A stretch of DNA of 64,000 nt from Eledone cirrhosa (GCA_964016885.1 OZ024742.1:325066001-325130000); one strand, 5' to 3'. Shown: positions 29,577 to 44,339, counted from the stretch's first letter. The notes: a model not told the origin generated them from the sequence alone. A program made the numbers and translations.

Positions 29577-29812
29577 CCTAAATAGAATTTTAGTCTACGA
29601 CATCATTTATACCATAAACGTGATTTTGTCTTTGCGTGTAATTGTTCTCATCGCTCCACATAATGACCTATTATCTTCCTTTTTTCCGTTCATTGCCAGA
29701 GAACGTCTCCACGAATCACCTAATAGAATATTAGTCTACGACTTCATTTATACCATAAACGTGGTTTTGTCTTTGCGTGTAATTGTTTTCACCGCTCCTA
29801 ATTATGACGCAT
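29577..29812 (+). repeat. Two ~90-bp direct repeats, period ~142
   Basis: aatagaa..ttagtctacgac.tcatttataccataaacgtg.ttttgtctttgcgtgtaattg occurs twice. Confidence 0.9.
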
Positions 29813-29827
29813 TATTTTCGGTTTTTT

Positions 29828-29947
29828 CCGAGTTCAAATCCCGCCAAGGTTAACTTTGCCTTTCATCCATACGGGGTCGATAAAATAAAGTACCAGTAAT
29901 GTACTGGTAATTGCTGGCCTTGTACCAAAGGTAGAAACAATTATTTT
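29828..29947 (+). mobile_element. 5'-truncated SINE
   Basis: Box B gagttcaaatcc followed by ctttgcctttcatccatacggggtcgataaaataaagtaccagt. Confidence 0.8.
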
Positions 29948-30248
29948 CGGTTTGTTTCGTTCTTTGCCAGGGTACATTTCCACGAACCAAAGTATCGTCT
30001 TCCTGTCTTCCTTCGGTTGCAACGTTTTTTGAAATATTTACTTCTGCGTTCACAGATTGATGTTTATAGTTACAGAAGAACCCGTTAAGGGTGAAAGCAG
30101 CGATTCTTAGCTTAAACTTTAATCCGTTATTTTAATAAATATTTGCTCTACAGTTCTTATATATTTGATATATATTTATCCTTATCGAGCCCTCTTTGGG
30201 TTTTAGTCTTCAAATTTATTATTATTACTATATATATATATATATTAT

Positions 30249-30284
<36 letters not shown>

Positions 30285-30426
30285 AGTGTAATTTACTACA
30301 CAAAACGAAGGTTATAGAGAAAATTGAGGTTGGTAATGGCACATGGAATATATAAGAGACAGAATACTTTTTTGTGAAAAAACATATAATTTTATAAGGT
30401 AAGGAAATAATAAAGGGTATAAAAAC

Positions 30427-30464
30427 GACCGGTTTCGATGGGTCTGCAAAAGCCATCTTTTCAA
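30427..30464 (-). ncRNA. Minimal hammerhead motif (U3-A8)
   Basis: TTGAAAA gatgg cttttgcagac ccatc GAAAC CG GTC. Confidence 0.75.
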
Positions 30465-30670
30465 ATGTTGATTAATATTAAGAAAAATTAATAATAAGAA
30501 GAGTTAAAATTTGATATTTGAAAATTCAAGTACAAAATTCATTGTGGGATTTCACAGTAGTTTTCATCTTGGTAGCAGCTTGTTTAGCAGCTCCTTGACT
30601 GCTGGGTGCCTTTCTGGTAGTGAATGAGAAGTTATTTGGGGGTGTGGGTTATTTTATAAAGGTCAAATTT

Positions 30671-33539
30671 GAAGAAGACTTTAAAAGGACGCACCAAACA
30701 GGTAACCCCTTTATAAAGCATTTGAACATAACAAGAACTACAACAGACACATTTACACCACCAAACCCAACACACACTAACCACAGGCACATCCCCCACC
30801 AACACAAACCAAATACGGCCAACTACACAAAAAGAAACACACCCAACCACCACAACACAGGTTTCCGTAGAAATGTCCCCTACATAAACCAACGACGAAA
30901 TAACATAGATCCAACTCACAACACACACACCACATTCCTCAGAAGAAATCCACCCAGACCACTTGAAATCACAACAGAACTTACCCACAACCACACCAGA
31001 CATCACCCTCAATCCAACAAAAGACAACCCCCCAACCTCAACACTCTGTACCACAGAAATAACGCACCCAGACCACATGAACCAACAACAGAACCCTTGC
31101 TCATCAACAACCACAACACATACCACCCCCACCATCACATTCACCCTCATGAAACAACAAGCTACAGACCCACACGAAACAGACCAACAAAATATAATCA
31201 CACACAAAACTACATTCCTTTTTTAGGGAAAAGCCTGAAATACCAGGATACTCGATGCCCCCCCCCCCCCTCCTCAGGAGAAACCAAAAATAATCAACCT
31301 CTCAAAGACACCTCTAACCAACACACAAATCAACATTTTAAGTAAGGGCCTGAAATTTACACCTACACCACGTAAACCAAACTTCCCCGAAATGAAGGAT
31401 GACATCATGGAATACTGCCGAAAGCTGCGACTAACGGAATTCTTCCACAACGACACCAACACTGAAGACGAATCACTGGTTAGAAATAAAAGCAATTTCT
31501 GCCCACAAAAGGGAAGAAATAAAGCACTGGACACGTACTGCGAACACATCACCAACTTTCCCTATGAAAAAATTACAAATAAACACACGAAATCAAACCT
31601 ATCTACACACGAATGGGAAGAATTATTCACACTTAGAAACAACCCTGAGATAACTATCAAAGAAGCCGATAAAGGCAGTACTGTTGTCATTATGAATTTC
31701 GGACTACTATAGGACCCTCGCACTTAACATTTTAGAAAACAACACAAACTATGAAAAAACAGAAAACTACAAACACACCAAAACAATGGGGAACCTTTTG
31801 ACCTTACTGAATAAATACCGCAACAACTTAACCACAAAAGAGTTTACTATATAAGCCACTTCAAATGCAATACAAGCTCTTTTTACGGCTTACCGAAACT
31901 CCACAAATGTAAACCCATAAACGATGCATGTGACACCTCAACCAACAATTACATTGAACTAACACCACCAGAAGACCTAAAACTCAGGCCAATTATAGCA
32001 GGCCCTACATGTGAAACCCACAGACTTAGCAACTTTCTGGACATCCTACTGAAACCCTTTCTACAACATATACAGAGCTACATACGAGATGACCTTGACA
32101 TGCTGAAACACCTCCCTAAAACAGTAAGTGCAAATACAATTCTTGTCTCCTTTGACGTAATAAACCTCTACACAAACATACCCCACAACTATGGAATAAC
32201 AACAGTCCAATACTGGCTTAACACACACCCATCAGAAATACCGACACGCATCAACAAAGATTTTATCACTGACAGACTCCGCTTTATCCTACAAAATAAC
32301 TACTTCACATTCAATGGTTCAACATACAGACAAGTATCAGGTACGGCAATGGGCACGAAAGTAGCACCCACATATGCCAACCTAGTCATGGGATTCCATG
32401 AACAACAAATATACAGTTGGTCCCTTCTCTTATTTGGAGACTCTTTCCACACACACCTCAAAGCCAATTGGAAAAGATATCTAGACGACTGATTTATCCT
32501 ATGGCAAGAAGACATGAACTCACTTACTACGTTTAAAAACATGATAAACAACATAGATAATAACATACAATTCACAATGGAATCCAATCCCAAGGAATTA
32601 GCCTTCTTGGATATTCTCATCTCTGTAATAGACGGGATATTAGATACAGATATATTCTATAAACCCACAGATTCCAAGCAATACCTCTTTTTCACATCAA
32701 GTCACCCAAAACATACAAAACTTAACATTCCTTACAATTTGGCCAAACGTATATGTACCATAGTATCAGATCCACCTAAACGGGAGCAAAGACTAAAGGA
32801 ACTAAAAGACACCCTTATCTTAAGAGCCTTTCCACTTGAAATAATCAACAATGGAATAGACAGGGCAAAACACCTAAATCCCCATCAACTTAACAATCCA
32901 AAACAGAAAACCACACTGAACACCCTGCCATATGTATTCACTTTCAACCCCAGAAATACCGAAATGTTTGATCACCTACACAAAAACCTCCCCATCCTAC
33001 TTAAAGATGTAAAAATGAAGTCTATTCTTGAAACACACAAGATCCTTAAAAGTAAAAGACAACCCAAATCACTAAAACGCATTCTCACTGGACCAAATAT
33101 ACCCAAACCAATCCTCAACCCTACAGTTACCAAATGTGGTAGAACAAACTGTGGAACGTGCCTCTACCTCACTGAAGGACAAAAATTTACATTTAAAGAT
33201 GGCTAAACATTTACAGTAAAAAACAATTTCACCTGCAACTCAGAGAACTTGATTTACGCAATAACTTGCGGTGGGTGCAAACACAACTACATAGGACAGA
33301 CGGGCACCTCATTACGCAAAAGAATGACCATCCACCGCCAACAAATCCGGGACGCTAGCACAAGAAAAATCCCCTTGAGCAGCCATATTGCGAACTGCGC
33401 AGGAATGACACTACCCAACTTTAAAATCTTCCCCTTCTACAAGTGCTCAGATTCGTTCACACAGCAACAAAGAATAAACAAAGAAAATCTATTCCTTAAC
33501 AAATTTAAACCAAAACTAAACGGGTTATCACCCCAATAG
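30671..33539 (+). pseudogene. PLE reverse transcriptase + GIY-YIG endonuclease, disrupted by frameshifts and stops
   Basis: IKEADKGSTVV, FYGLPKLHK, LRPII, SFDVINLYTNIP, GTAMGTKVAPTYANL, RYLDD, FLDI, YKPTD..QYL...S.HP, CGRTNCGTC, IYAITC..C..NYIGQT..LRKR..H. Confidence 0.95.
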
Positions 33540-33864
33540 AATTGTCATAAAATATAAACACACATACGCACGGAGTGACAGATATATGTGTTTGTAGGTG
33601 TGCATGTATATAATTATCACTACTATTAAAGACCAGAGACCAATTCTGTAGAATCAGGTTTATTCGTTGACAGACCATGCCTTTGTGTGACCAACACATC
33701 CATGTTAAACCCTGAACGTGCACACACATATATCTATATATATATGCGCACACAGAATTCACCACTGTCGGTTGCGGGGCCCAATCTACATGAAGAACTC
33801 AATGTGATCAGAATGACTTGTATTTTAATTTCACTGTCCTAACTTCTTATATTATGGAAAAAAT

Positions 33865-33930
33865 ATATGTGTATGTATGTATATATATATATTTGGAGGC
33901 CATTTCTCTGTGTGTGGGTGTATGTATGTG

Positions 33931-33976
<46 letters not shown>

Positions 33977-34227
33977 TGCATGTGGATGTATGTATTGTGT
34001 GTGTGTGTGTGTGTATGTATGTGTGTATCTGGATGTATGCGTATGTGTATATATATATATGTGTGTGTGTGTATATATATGTGTGTGTATGTGTATATAT
34101 GTGTGTGTGTGTGTGTGTTTGTATGTGTGTATGTATATATATATGTGTGTGTGTGTGTATGTGTGGGGGTGGGGGTGTTAATATATGTGTATGAATATGT
34201 GTGTATATATGTGTATGTACACATATG

Positions 34228-34269
<42 letters not shown>

Positions 34270-34412
34270 TATCTGGATGTATGTGTATGTATATATATGT
34301 GTGTGTGTGTATATATATATATATGTGTGTGTATGTGCATATATGTGTGTGTGTGTATATATATGTATGTGGTGTGTGTATGTACGTGTGTATATGTATC
34401 GATATATATATT

Positions 34413-34443
<31 letters not shown>

Positions 34444-34503
34444 ATATATGTGTATGTATATGTATATGTATGTATGTGTGGATGAAGGTATGTGTGTATA
34501 TAT
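33865..34503. repeat. Degenerate (TG)/(TA) microsatellite inside the PLE 3' UTR
   Basis: Direct reading; lies between the PLE ORF end and the right inverted repeat. Confidence 0.9.
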
Positions 34504-34832
34504 AGGTGTAAGTGCACTAAATCCCTTTCTATCAATCTCCCCTCTCCTACCTACCACAGGAAGATATATGTATGTATATTGCTTCCACCACCTCACTGAC
34601 CAGCAGCTGGCCATCTGACCATTGCTAAATTTGACCTTTTTAAAATAACCCACACCCCCAAATAACTTCTCATTCACTACCAGAAAGGCACCCAGCAGTC
34701 AACGAGCTGCTAAACGAGCTGCTACCAAGATGAAAACTACTGTGAAATCCCACAATGAATTTTATACTTGAATTTTCAAATATCAAATTTTAACTCTTCT
34801 TATTATTAATTTTTCTTAATATTAATCAACAT

Positions 34833-34869
34833 TTGAAAAGATGGCTTTTGCAGACCCATCGAAACCGTC
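34833..34869 (+). ncRNA. Minimal hammerhead motif (U3-A8), 1-nt deletion in stem III
   Basis: TTGAAAA gatgg...ccatc GAAAC C GTC. Confidence 0.65.
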
Positions 34870-34974
34870 ATTTTTTATACCCTTTATTATTTCCTTACCT
34901 TATAAAATTATATGTTTTTTTCACAAAAAAGTATTCTGTCTCTTATATATTCCATGTGCCATTACCAACCTCAA

Positions 34975-35067
<93 letters not shown>

Positions 35068-35074
35068 CATAGTT

Positions 35075-36450
35075 AAAACTTAGAGGGGAACAAAAACAGA
35101 GAGGCAGTACAAATAAGAATTTATGAGTTTTGAGAGTGGGGTGTTGAACGACGTTTCAGGCATAATCCCTTCATCAGGAGAAAAGTGGGTAGGAAGAGAG
35201 TTCCGGGTGGGGGGGGGGCGGAGTGGTGGAAAGACATTTAGAAACAAAGAGGGGGGGAAACGATTGAAGAAGTACAAATAAACATAAAAATAAACAAGTG
35301 GTGGAAGGGTGTGAGGCGTGTAGGGGTGGCGGCGGGTAGAGTTGGGAGAGGAGACAGGAGGTCTGAGCGAGGAGGGCTGAAGGTGGTGTCTGTGTATGTG
35401 TGTAGGCGTACGTGTGTGTGTGTGCGTTTATATGTGAATGGGAGAGTTGGGGGAAGAACGACGTTTCATGTTCAGGAAAAGGTGTGTGCGTGGGGTGGGG
35501 TGTAAATCGCTGTATGCGTGCGTGTGGATGAAGAGGCATCAAAGGGGTGGGGGAGGGGGGTGGCGTGTGGATTCCAGAGGCTGAGTGTGTATATGTGGGG
35601 ATGCGCACGTGTGTGTTTATTTATACGTGGTGTGGATGTAGGGGGCGTGGTCTGAAAACAAATGTGAGTGTTTGTTCGTGGGTAAGTTCCTAAGGTAGTT
35701 CCGTGGAGTGTGCGAATGAGATGTTGGATATTTTTCATATTATAGAGTGGATAGCTGGAACAATGACCGGTGGTGTGGAATCCATTAGTTGTGGTGGTCG
35801 GAAGTGGAGAGATGTGGGGTGCGCGCAACAGGGAGTGGTCAGAGGGTCAAGGCAGGGTGAAGAGATAGCAGTAGAGGAGGATGATAGGTGGAGGAATGGT
35901 CAGTATGTGGTGAGGCCTGTGTGTCTGTGTGTGCGAAGGTGCGGGGGTTAGAGGAGAGGATGGGTAGGTGTGAAAGGTGGAGGGGGAAGGTGGTGATGTG
36001 GGGGGATGGGGTGTATATTAGTAGAGGTGTTAGTGGGATGTGTGTGTGTGAAGGGGTCTAGGTGGAGCGGGGAGAGGGGAGAGGTAGGGGGGAAAGAAAA
36101 GGTGTAGGGGATGGAGGAGGGAGTGTAGTGTACTGGTGTGTGTGTGTGTGCGTGTTTGGATGAGTGTGTGTGTGTGTGTGGTAGGGGGGATGTTAGTATT
36201 TCTGGTGGTGGGGAAAGGGTTGAATGCGGTTGTGTAAGTAGGGGTTAGTGGTGGTTGGGTTTGTGGAGTGGGTGGTGTACGTAGGTGTGGGTGGGTGAGT
36301 GTGTGATGGTTTGTGTTTGTGTGCGTGGGGTCGGAGGGATGCTAGTGATATTAGTTATGGGGTGGTCGGAGTGGATGTGTGGGTGAGGTTAGTGGTGCTA
36401 GTAGGGTGTGTGGATAGTATGAGTGCGTGTGTATATGTACAGGTGGGGTG
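35075..36450 (-). mobile_element. PLE 3' non-coding fragment, same family as 53690-55386
   Basis: GT-rich tract that aligns to 53.7-55.0 kb; terminal hammerhead. Confidence 0.8.
35147..35177 (-). ncRNA. Minimal hammerhead motif (canonical core)
   Basis: CTGATGA agg gattatg cct GAAAC GTC GTT. Confidence 0.75.
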
Positions 36451-39400
36451 TGTATATATATATGCCTATATTTATTATTTTCTCCATAACCTCCGTAGCT
36501 TACATAGAGCACTCTCCTTTCCTTTACCATTCCTACGGAAATAATTAATATTTATATATATGAACAGAAAGGGCACACATAAAACGCTATGCATGTCGAA
36601 CAAACAACCCCATCTCTATATCGTCTTGCTCATGTGGTTGTTAAATATACTGTAGTCAAGAGGCCACGACAAGGGAGGTGGCAGACGTCGCCTAGGTGGA
36701 AGACTTTTCTCGTTCGATGGAATGATGTCGCTAATCTGAACCCATCCGTGTTGCGATATATTCTTCGACTTCAACCTTGTTGATTTGGCCACAAATCTGG
36801 GCACTGCCACTCGTAACCCGAAGGAGAGGAAGATAACAAAATAACGGTTGTTTACCGTCCGCTCCGATTCTTTTTACCGATCGCCGTCGAGACCACTGGT
36901 GTCTATGGCCTCCGAACTGCCCTTTTTTATTGAGGCTCCGAATGTTTATTAGTAGCATCCTAACTGAGGGAGTAGCTCTTTGAAATTGAATGATTGAGGG
37001 AGCGGATGACGCTGGTTGTTCTCAGGGCTATGCCATCACCAATTGTCAGTTGTTTACAGCTGAAGTATAGCACCTAGACTCTGGTGAAGAGTCTGCCACT
37101 AGCTCCTACCTATCCCTTATTGTCACTATAGAATTATTTTCTGTTATCTTGTGACTTTCTTGTATTTATAGTTTATTCATGTCTTTAAAATGTAGGTGTT
37201 TTTATTTTTCTTATTTCTTATTCATCCTTAATTATCAAGTGTATTCTTCATTTAATTGACCTGCAGTATAAAATATCTGTTGTTAGTATCTCCATAATGT
37301 CTATATACCGCTTCCTCTCTCACTGCCTCACCCTTTCTCTGTATGATTCATTTTCATTTTCTTTTCTTTTACTTTTTCTCATCTTTTTCCTTTCCCTTTC
37401 TATTCCTTCACTTTTCTCTCCTTTCTTTTCCTTTTCCTTTATATTTGAATGTATCATTATTTCTACATTGCAGGACCCTAACCCACAATTCGACCTACAT
37501 TTCCAAACCTATTCACTCTAGCCCATGTAGTTTTTCTACACATAGGGTGTCTTCCTTCTCGTAAAATTGTATCTTGTGATATGAGCCTGAGAGCACATTG
37601 GAGAAGCTCCAGTTTGTCCTTAATAAAAAGGCGCATAGACACACACCTACATCCATACGACCCCACACCCACACACATGTACATATCAATCAATCATCTA
37701 TCTATCTATCTTTCTATCTATCTATCTATATATCTATATATCTACCTATCTATCTGTCTGTCTCTCCATATATATATGTATATATATGTACACATATATA
37801 CACATACGCACACGCACACACACGCGCACACACACACATATCTCTCTCTTTTTCTCTCTCTTTCGCTTTCTCCCCCCCCCCCTCTCTCTCTATATATATA
37901 TATATAAACTGCATACTTCCACATTTACTTTATTCAATGCCTCAAGCAGTATGTTTCAGACAATTATTTAGTGTTCATTAGAATCAGCCAATGAACAACT
38001 TTCAAATCAACTTTACTCTACCAGCCAATAAGATAATACTCCGGTTTTCGACTACTGTTTGTAATTATATAATTTCTACTAAGTAGTATCACTCATTTTT
38101 TCATAGGTGTATGAAAGCCACTGAATCTAATTTGCTTTCCCAATAAAATCTTTAAATCTAAAATTATCCCAGCTTCTATTTTTATTCTTTTTACACATTC
38201 CTTGATTTGTTTACTAAACAGTCACCAGTATTGTTCGCTAGCCTTAAGGAACAGAATTTAAAGGACCGGAGATATACGAGGCTGGCAAATCTGATCTTTT
38301 ATTTTTCTTCTTCTTCGCCCACATATCCGTGAGAGTGCCAGGGGGGCAGAGTCCTGGGTCGCCCGCCGATTGGTTTTGTCCGTAAAATTTGTCTAGCGAA
38401 ATTGATGGTTAAGGAAAAAGGGAAAAATCATATCCTTCAGTCGGACCAATGAAACCTTGTTCCTAATTGTATTGTTGATAGCCTGTCAATCGCAACATCT
38501 GGCAAAGCGTTATCGATGTTCTTATGAGAGGAGGCGCGACTTCAAGTCTGAAACCAAGTACAGTAATATTTGTTGCAACGTCTCTTTCCGACTTTTTATG
38601 ATTTAACTAATCAGCCGCATCTATGATTATGGATTATTTATCGAAATATTTGGCGCTTAGATGTTGTTTCTCTATTATATTTCTATAAATAATATAAACG
38701 TTTCTACTTTTCTCAACAATCTATTGAACATATGTGTATGGTACCTATATATTCTTACAAAGGTTAGTTGGTAAACTTAGTTATTTCTTCCGGTTTATCA
38801 ACACACAGTTGCAGGAAAAGTAAGAGTTGCATTAACTATTGCTCCAGTGGAATCGAAACTGCATGGCAGAATTGGTAACCTGGAGCTTAACATCATTATT
38901 CATGCTTCTTATCGCACATTCACAGCATTTCCACATAAATTTTTGCGCTCTCATATATATGTACATATATATTTATAGTTGATAGACACTTCGCATCGTA
39001 TATATATATATCGACGTATAAGTGTAATATATGTATGTAAATTTACGTATACTTACGTAAATGACTTTGTGTTTCCGGGATGTCATAAGAAATTCAATGC
39101 ATGTAATAAGAAGCATCACGTGGCATATCATTTCACACGTTCAATCAATTACTACAATACGGATGTATCTTCATTCTAGCTCGTGATAAAACAAATTTAC
39201 ATATATTATCATATCCATTTCATCTATATCACTTCAGAGACCTTGAATAATGGGCACGCATGTTAAATTATTGTTAGAACTATATAACGATGACTCAGAT
39301 CTCCCAGTGTGAATGTATATATTCAGATCTCCGAGTGTGAATGTATATATTTCGAAAGCGAATCAAGTAAGTTACCATTAAGATATATTCACATATCTTG

Positions 39401-39701
39401 AACAACGTTTGAATAGATAGGTGTGTCATCTATTACATCCGGTTCAAGTTCTCAAGATTATTTTTGTTTGATCCCATTTATCATATTATTAGATTTCGTG
39501 CTAGTGATGAAAGAGAGTAAATGGAACGGTATTTCATTGAGTAGGAATTTTGAAGGCGAAGACATTGGATGGAACACATCCATAACAGAAGACACTGAAG
39601 CTAAGAATGTCTGTACATAGAAACACTTTGAAGGTGATTTTGTGATATGTATATCGATCAGTCGGCTTTTAACTTCTGGTGTTGTAGGTATGTCTTAGGT
39701 A

Positions 39702-42700
39702 AAGTAAAACCCCTCCTCAAAGTGGCAGGGCGGTGGCAACGGGTAGTGTCAGAGCTATGCTGTCGGGAACTTCAGTTCCTGGAAGGACCAACCAAGGCGG
39801 ATTGGTCTGGCACCCAGTGGTATTGGGGCCGCAACCCGGCAAAGGGGCTCTGGGGAAAATCCAAGAGGTGTCTGCTCCGGTAACCGGCGGCTTCGGGTCG
39901 TTTGTGTCCCTGCGTCTGTGGAGAATCTGCGGCAAACAGGACGTTTTTTTCCCCTCGTTCGGGATATACATGCGGGTTTTTTGGGGACCGCTGGTGAATT
40001 CACTACTCCCATAACACTTCTTCATTGAATCCTACAAATACGAACTATGAATACGAATTGCCCTCCCGCTAAGAACGCAATACAAAGTAACAGCGATCCT
40101 AACGCTATGGCTCTACAGACTACTCTCGCAGTAGTCCCGCTCTTCAGACGAAGGAAGGAATTGAGAGTTGCGTGCTGGAACGCCCGAACACTTCGTGATG
40201 ACGGTGTCCAGGCACTTAAATGAAGTCTCTGCACAGGTACTGCGTTAGTGTCGCTTGCCTTTCAGAAGTCCGACTTCCAGATGTTGGTCATCTTCCGATC
40301 AAAGTTCCTGGCGAGGACATCTCCTACCACTTGTACCATAGTGGCGTGACTGACAACACTGACTTCACGGGGTCGATGTAACGCTCAACCCCGACGCTCA
40401 AGCGGCTCTGTTGGCGTGGCAGCCGATTTCACACCGACTCGCGCTGGTTCGATTGAAGGGTCAAATCTCCAACGTCAGCGTAATTGCCGTCTACGCTCCC
40501 ACACTCAATGCGGACGAGGCGGACAAGACGCAGTTTTATGCCGATATCCAAACAACCGTGGATGGCGTCCACTCCAGTGATGTTCTCATTGTCGCTGGGG
40601 ACTGGAATGCGCGGACGAGGCCGGCTGATGATGCAACACGGCATATTCTAGGACGCTTCGCCCTAGGCGTACGCTGTGTCAATGGTGAACGGTTCGTGTC
40701 CTTCGCGGATGCCAATCGTCTTATCGTCACGAACACCCGGTTGCAACATCCTCGGCGTCACCTCGTCACGTGGCGATCCAATGACGGAAGAACGGCCAGT
40801 AGATTGACTACATCCTGGTCAGATCTCGGTGGGCCAGCTCAGTGATGGACTCGCGTGCGTATCGGGGCCTGATACCGGCAGTGAGCATGGGTCAGACCAT
40901 ACTCTTGTTCGAGCAACCCTTCGTCTGCGGCTGCGGGCGAAACCTCCTCCCAACCGCCGGAAAAGGATCGACATCTCGAGACTCTAGCTCGATGCTGGAA
41001 ACGCTTTCTGGCTAGAGCTGCGAAACCGATTCCAAATGCTGAGTAACGAAGTGGAATAGCAACCGGAGCAGGAGTGGAACGCGCTCAGGGCGGCGACGGT
41101 TGAGGTAGCCAGGGAGCATCTCCGGTCGATCCAAATACGCCATCGGGACTGGATCTCCGGCGGCACTCTTGAACTCGCGGAGAGGGCGAGAGTGGCCCGA
41201 CTCGAAGGTGCACCCAATCTTCGAGATCTCCGACGTCACACATTTCGGGCTACTCGGGCCGATCGGAATGCACACTGGCGCTAGTTTGCGGAGCAGACGG
41301 AGAGGGCAGCAGCCTGTGGTGACTCGAGCAAGCTCTACCAACTGGTGAAGCGGGCCAGCCGAAGCAGTACGGGTATCAGCGAGACGATTCGTGATTACCA
41401 ATGTTAATGACCGGCTAGTCCGATGGCAGGATCATTTCTCCGAGCTGCTCAACCACCCGCCACCATCCACGCCAACCTACGTGCAGCCTTCCGCAGAAGA
41501 ATACGGGTGCATCACTTCCCCTCCAACAGTCGAGAAGGTACGTCGTGTCCTGACACATTTCCTGAACAACAAGGCGCCGGGCAATGATGGCGTTCCAGCT
41601 GAGGTCTACAAGGCCGAGCCTGATGTCTTCGCAGCTTGGCTCCAGCGAGTCTTCTCCTCTGTGTGGGCAACGGAGCGGTTCCCTGGTGACTGGTGCGAGG
41701 CAACTCTCCTACCGTTCTTCAAAAAGGGAAACTACAGGGGTATCAGTTTAATTGACTTTCGCAATTCTTCTGTTGAAGAGGTTCCAGGCCATCCGTGATG
41801 TCCGTACCCGTCCTTCTCAGGGCGGCTTCTGTCAGGGGGGGGGGGGGGCGTTGATAAAATCTTTATTCTCTGGTGTGTCCTGGAACAACGGTGGGCACAT
41901 CAACAGCCTACTGTCCTCTGCTTCATCGACTTTGCAGTTGCCTTCGACTCGGTAGATCGGGAAGCCCTATGGCGTATAATGCAGGCGGACGACATCCCAG
42001 TGAAGCTGCTTCGTCTCATACAAGGCTATTACCGGTCGATTCGGGCTCGAGTGAGGGTCTATGGTGAGGAGACGGAGTCGCACGATGTTGGGGCCGATGT
42101 TCGGCAGGGGTGTGCGCTATCGCCAACTCTCTTTAACTACGCCATTGACTACACTCTCAACACACCGCTCCGGGATTACCCGGGAGTAGAGGTCGGGAGA
42201 GGTGTCGTGGGGACGGACTTGGCACACGCGGATGACACCGTGCTGATGGGCACTAACGGGACAGATGTACAAGGTGCTCTCGAAAGGGTGCACACTGCAG
42301 CCGCCGCTGTTGGTCTACGAATCAATGCCGCCAAGTCGAAAGTCATGACGTCACTGATCTCGCCTGATGCCTGGCAGCCAATATCTCTCGAGGGGGTGGG
42401 CCTGGAGGATGTGGAGTCCTTCGTTTACCTGGGCTCAACAGTGGTTCCAACGGGACAGGGCACAGCCGAGGTCAAGAGTCGCATAGATGCTGCCAGATCC
42501 GCTTTTGGGCGCCTCCAGCGGTCTCTGTGGGACAGAAGGGAGATCACCTCGGCGACCAAAGAGCGAATCTTCCAGGCCGTCGTTCGCACCCTATGGCTGT
42601 GAAACATGGCCTATGAGAGTAGTTCGACCCCGTCCTTCAGTGCCTCTGCAACGGCGCTTGAGATGCTTTGGTCACGCAGCCCGGCGCCCTGAGGGTGAGC

Positions 42701-42987
42701 TGATCCGCGATGTTCTCCTCCCACCCCCACACCCTAACTGGCAAAGCGCGTTGGCGGGCAGCTGAAGACCTGGGCAACGACGATCAAGGAGGACCTCTCC
42801 GAACTCTCAGGGCCGCAGGTGGTCTGCCTGCGCCGATGGAACCGTGACTGGCTCGCTATCTTCAGTGACCTAGCCCGGGACCGTCGTGCGTGGGTTGCCA
42901 TGGTTCGGGATGCCGCCAGGACAAGGGAAGAAGCGGGCTCAACCCATCCAGGTTTAATGTCGACACAAGTAAAAGTACAAGTAAGTA
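39702..42987 (+). mobile_element. RTE-clade LINE, near full length, decayed
   Basis: APE + RT remnants; (CAAGTA)-like 3' tail; CTTAGGTA at 39694-39701 and 42988-42995 as candidate TSD. Confidence 0.9.
40107..42960 (+). pseudogene. RTE APE endonuclease + reverse transcriptase, many frameshifts
   Basis: ACWNARTL, CLSEVR, VYAPT, AGDWNA, IDYILV, SDH; KAPGNDG, NYRGISL, FIDF..AFDSV, VRQGCALSP.LFN, HADD, FVYLGS, YGCETW. Confidence 0.93.
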
Positions 42988-43077
42988 CTTAGGTATTAGA
43001 AAATGACAAAAATCTTTACGCACCCTGTCAGATCACTGCCATGGTCTTCTAGGCAAAGAGAGAGAGAGAGAGGGAGA

Positions 43078-43151
<74 letters not shown>

Positions 43152-43669
43152 CGATTTCAGTATTTGAGACTAAATACAGATATATAGGGGAAAAAACCAT
43201 GCTAAAATACTCACATGCAATTCTGACAATTTCATAACAACCCATATCGAAGCGTACCTCCATACAATCCAGGTACCTACTACATTGCTATTTCCTTTTC
43301 TATTACTATCTGCCACTAGAAACTCCTGAATGAGACATAAAAATTTAAAAGAAAAACTTATATGTTACCAAGAAACCTGTATCTCAGAGCTAAGATTGAG
43401 ATATTAAATTTTTATTCACTTGCTTTTAAAGTAAATAACAGCCGGTTCTGAAAATTGAATTTAATATTCTGTTTACTTAGATATATATGGACTTTTACTC
43501 ACATATTGTGCTTTTGTAATCGTCAGACTTAAATATCGATTATTCAAATCATTTTTTAAGACGCATTGCGTGTCTTCTGCTAAAATATGAACACACACAC
43601 ACATATATATATATATAAGTATATATATATATAGATGTACATGTACATATCCGTATATACATAGATGCG

Positions 43670-43701
<32 letters not shown>

Positions 43702-43881
43702 CACATACACCACCCCACGTGTATATATGTATACAAATATACAAATATACAATAACTTTATAATGTTATAACCCCATTATGGTAGACTATACACACCATG
43801 TGATTTCATGATCGGTTTACTTATACAAATAAATATCTATTATTAATTTTTTTCTCTCATTTCATGTCCTTTTAAATCTGA

Positions 43882-43919
<38 letters not shown>

Positions 43920-44064
43920 TCGCAGTTAAAGATACACACACACACGCACACATGCACATGCACATGTGTGTGTGTGTGTATATTTAACTGCGACATTTCG
44001 GCATCTGTTTCGCGAAACAATATTCGTTGTGTATGATACACACAAGCACATACACACACACTCC

Positions 44065-44317
<253 letters not shown>

Positions 44318-44339
44318 GTATTTACGTATCGAGAAGGAG

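Larger units (their letters stand above)
30281..34983 (+). mobile_element. Neptune-type Penelope-like retroelement, 5'-truncated, with ~355-bp inverted terminal repeats
   Basis: 30316-30670 is the inverse of 34627-34983; RT plus GIY-YIG coding remnant; hammerhead in the repeats; flanked by (TA)n and (CT)n(TA)n. Confidence 0.93.

Noticed and set aside
32490-32492. In-frame TGA right after YLDD at a usual Cys position (possible selenocysteine)
   Set aside because: The element has several frameshifts and a TAA stop at 33204-33206, so a single TGY>TGA mutation is simpler; no SECIS identified.
36560-37110. Possible APE endonuclease remnant (INIRSL on the minus strand)
   Set aside because: Single short motif without supporting downstream motifs.
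39702-39900. HDV-like ribozyme at the RTE 5' end
   Set aside because: Plausible from family knowledge, but I could not fold a convincing nested double pseudoknot by eye.
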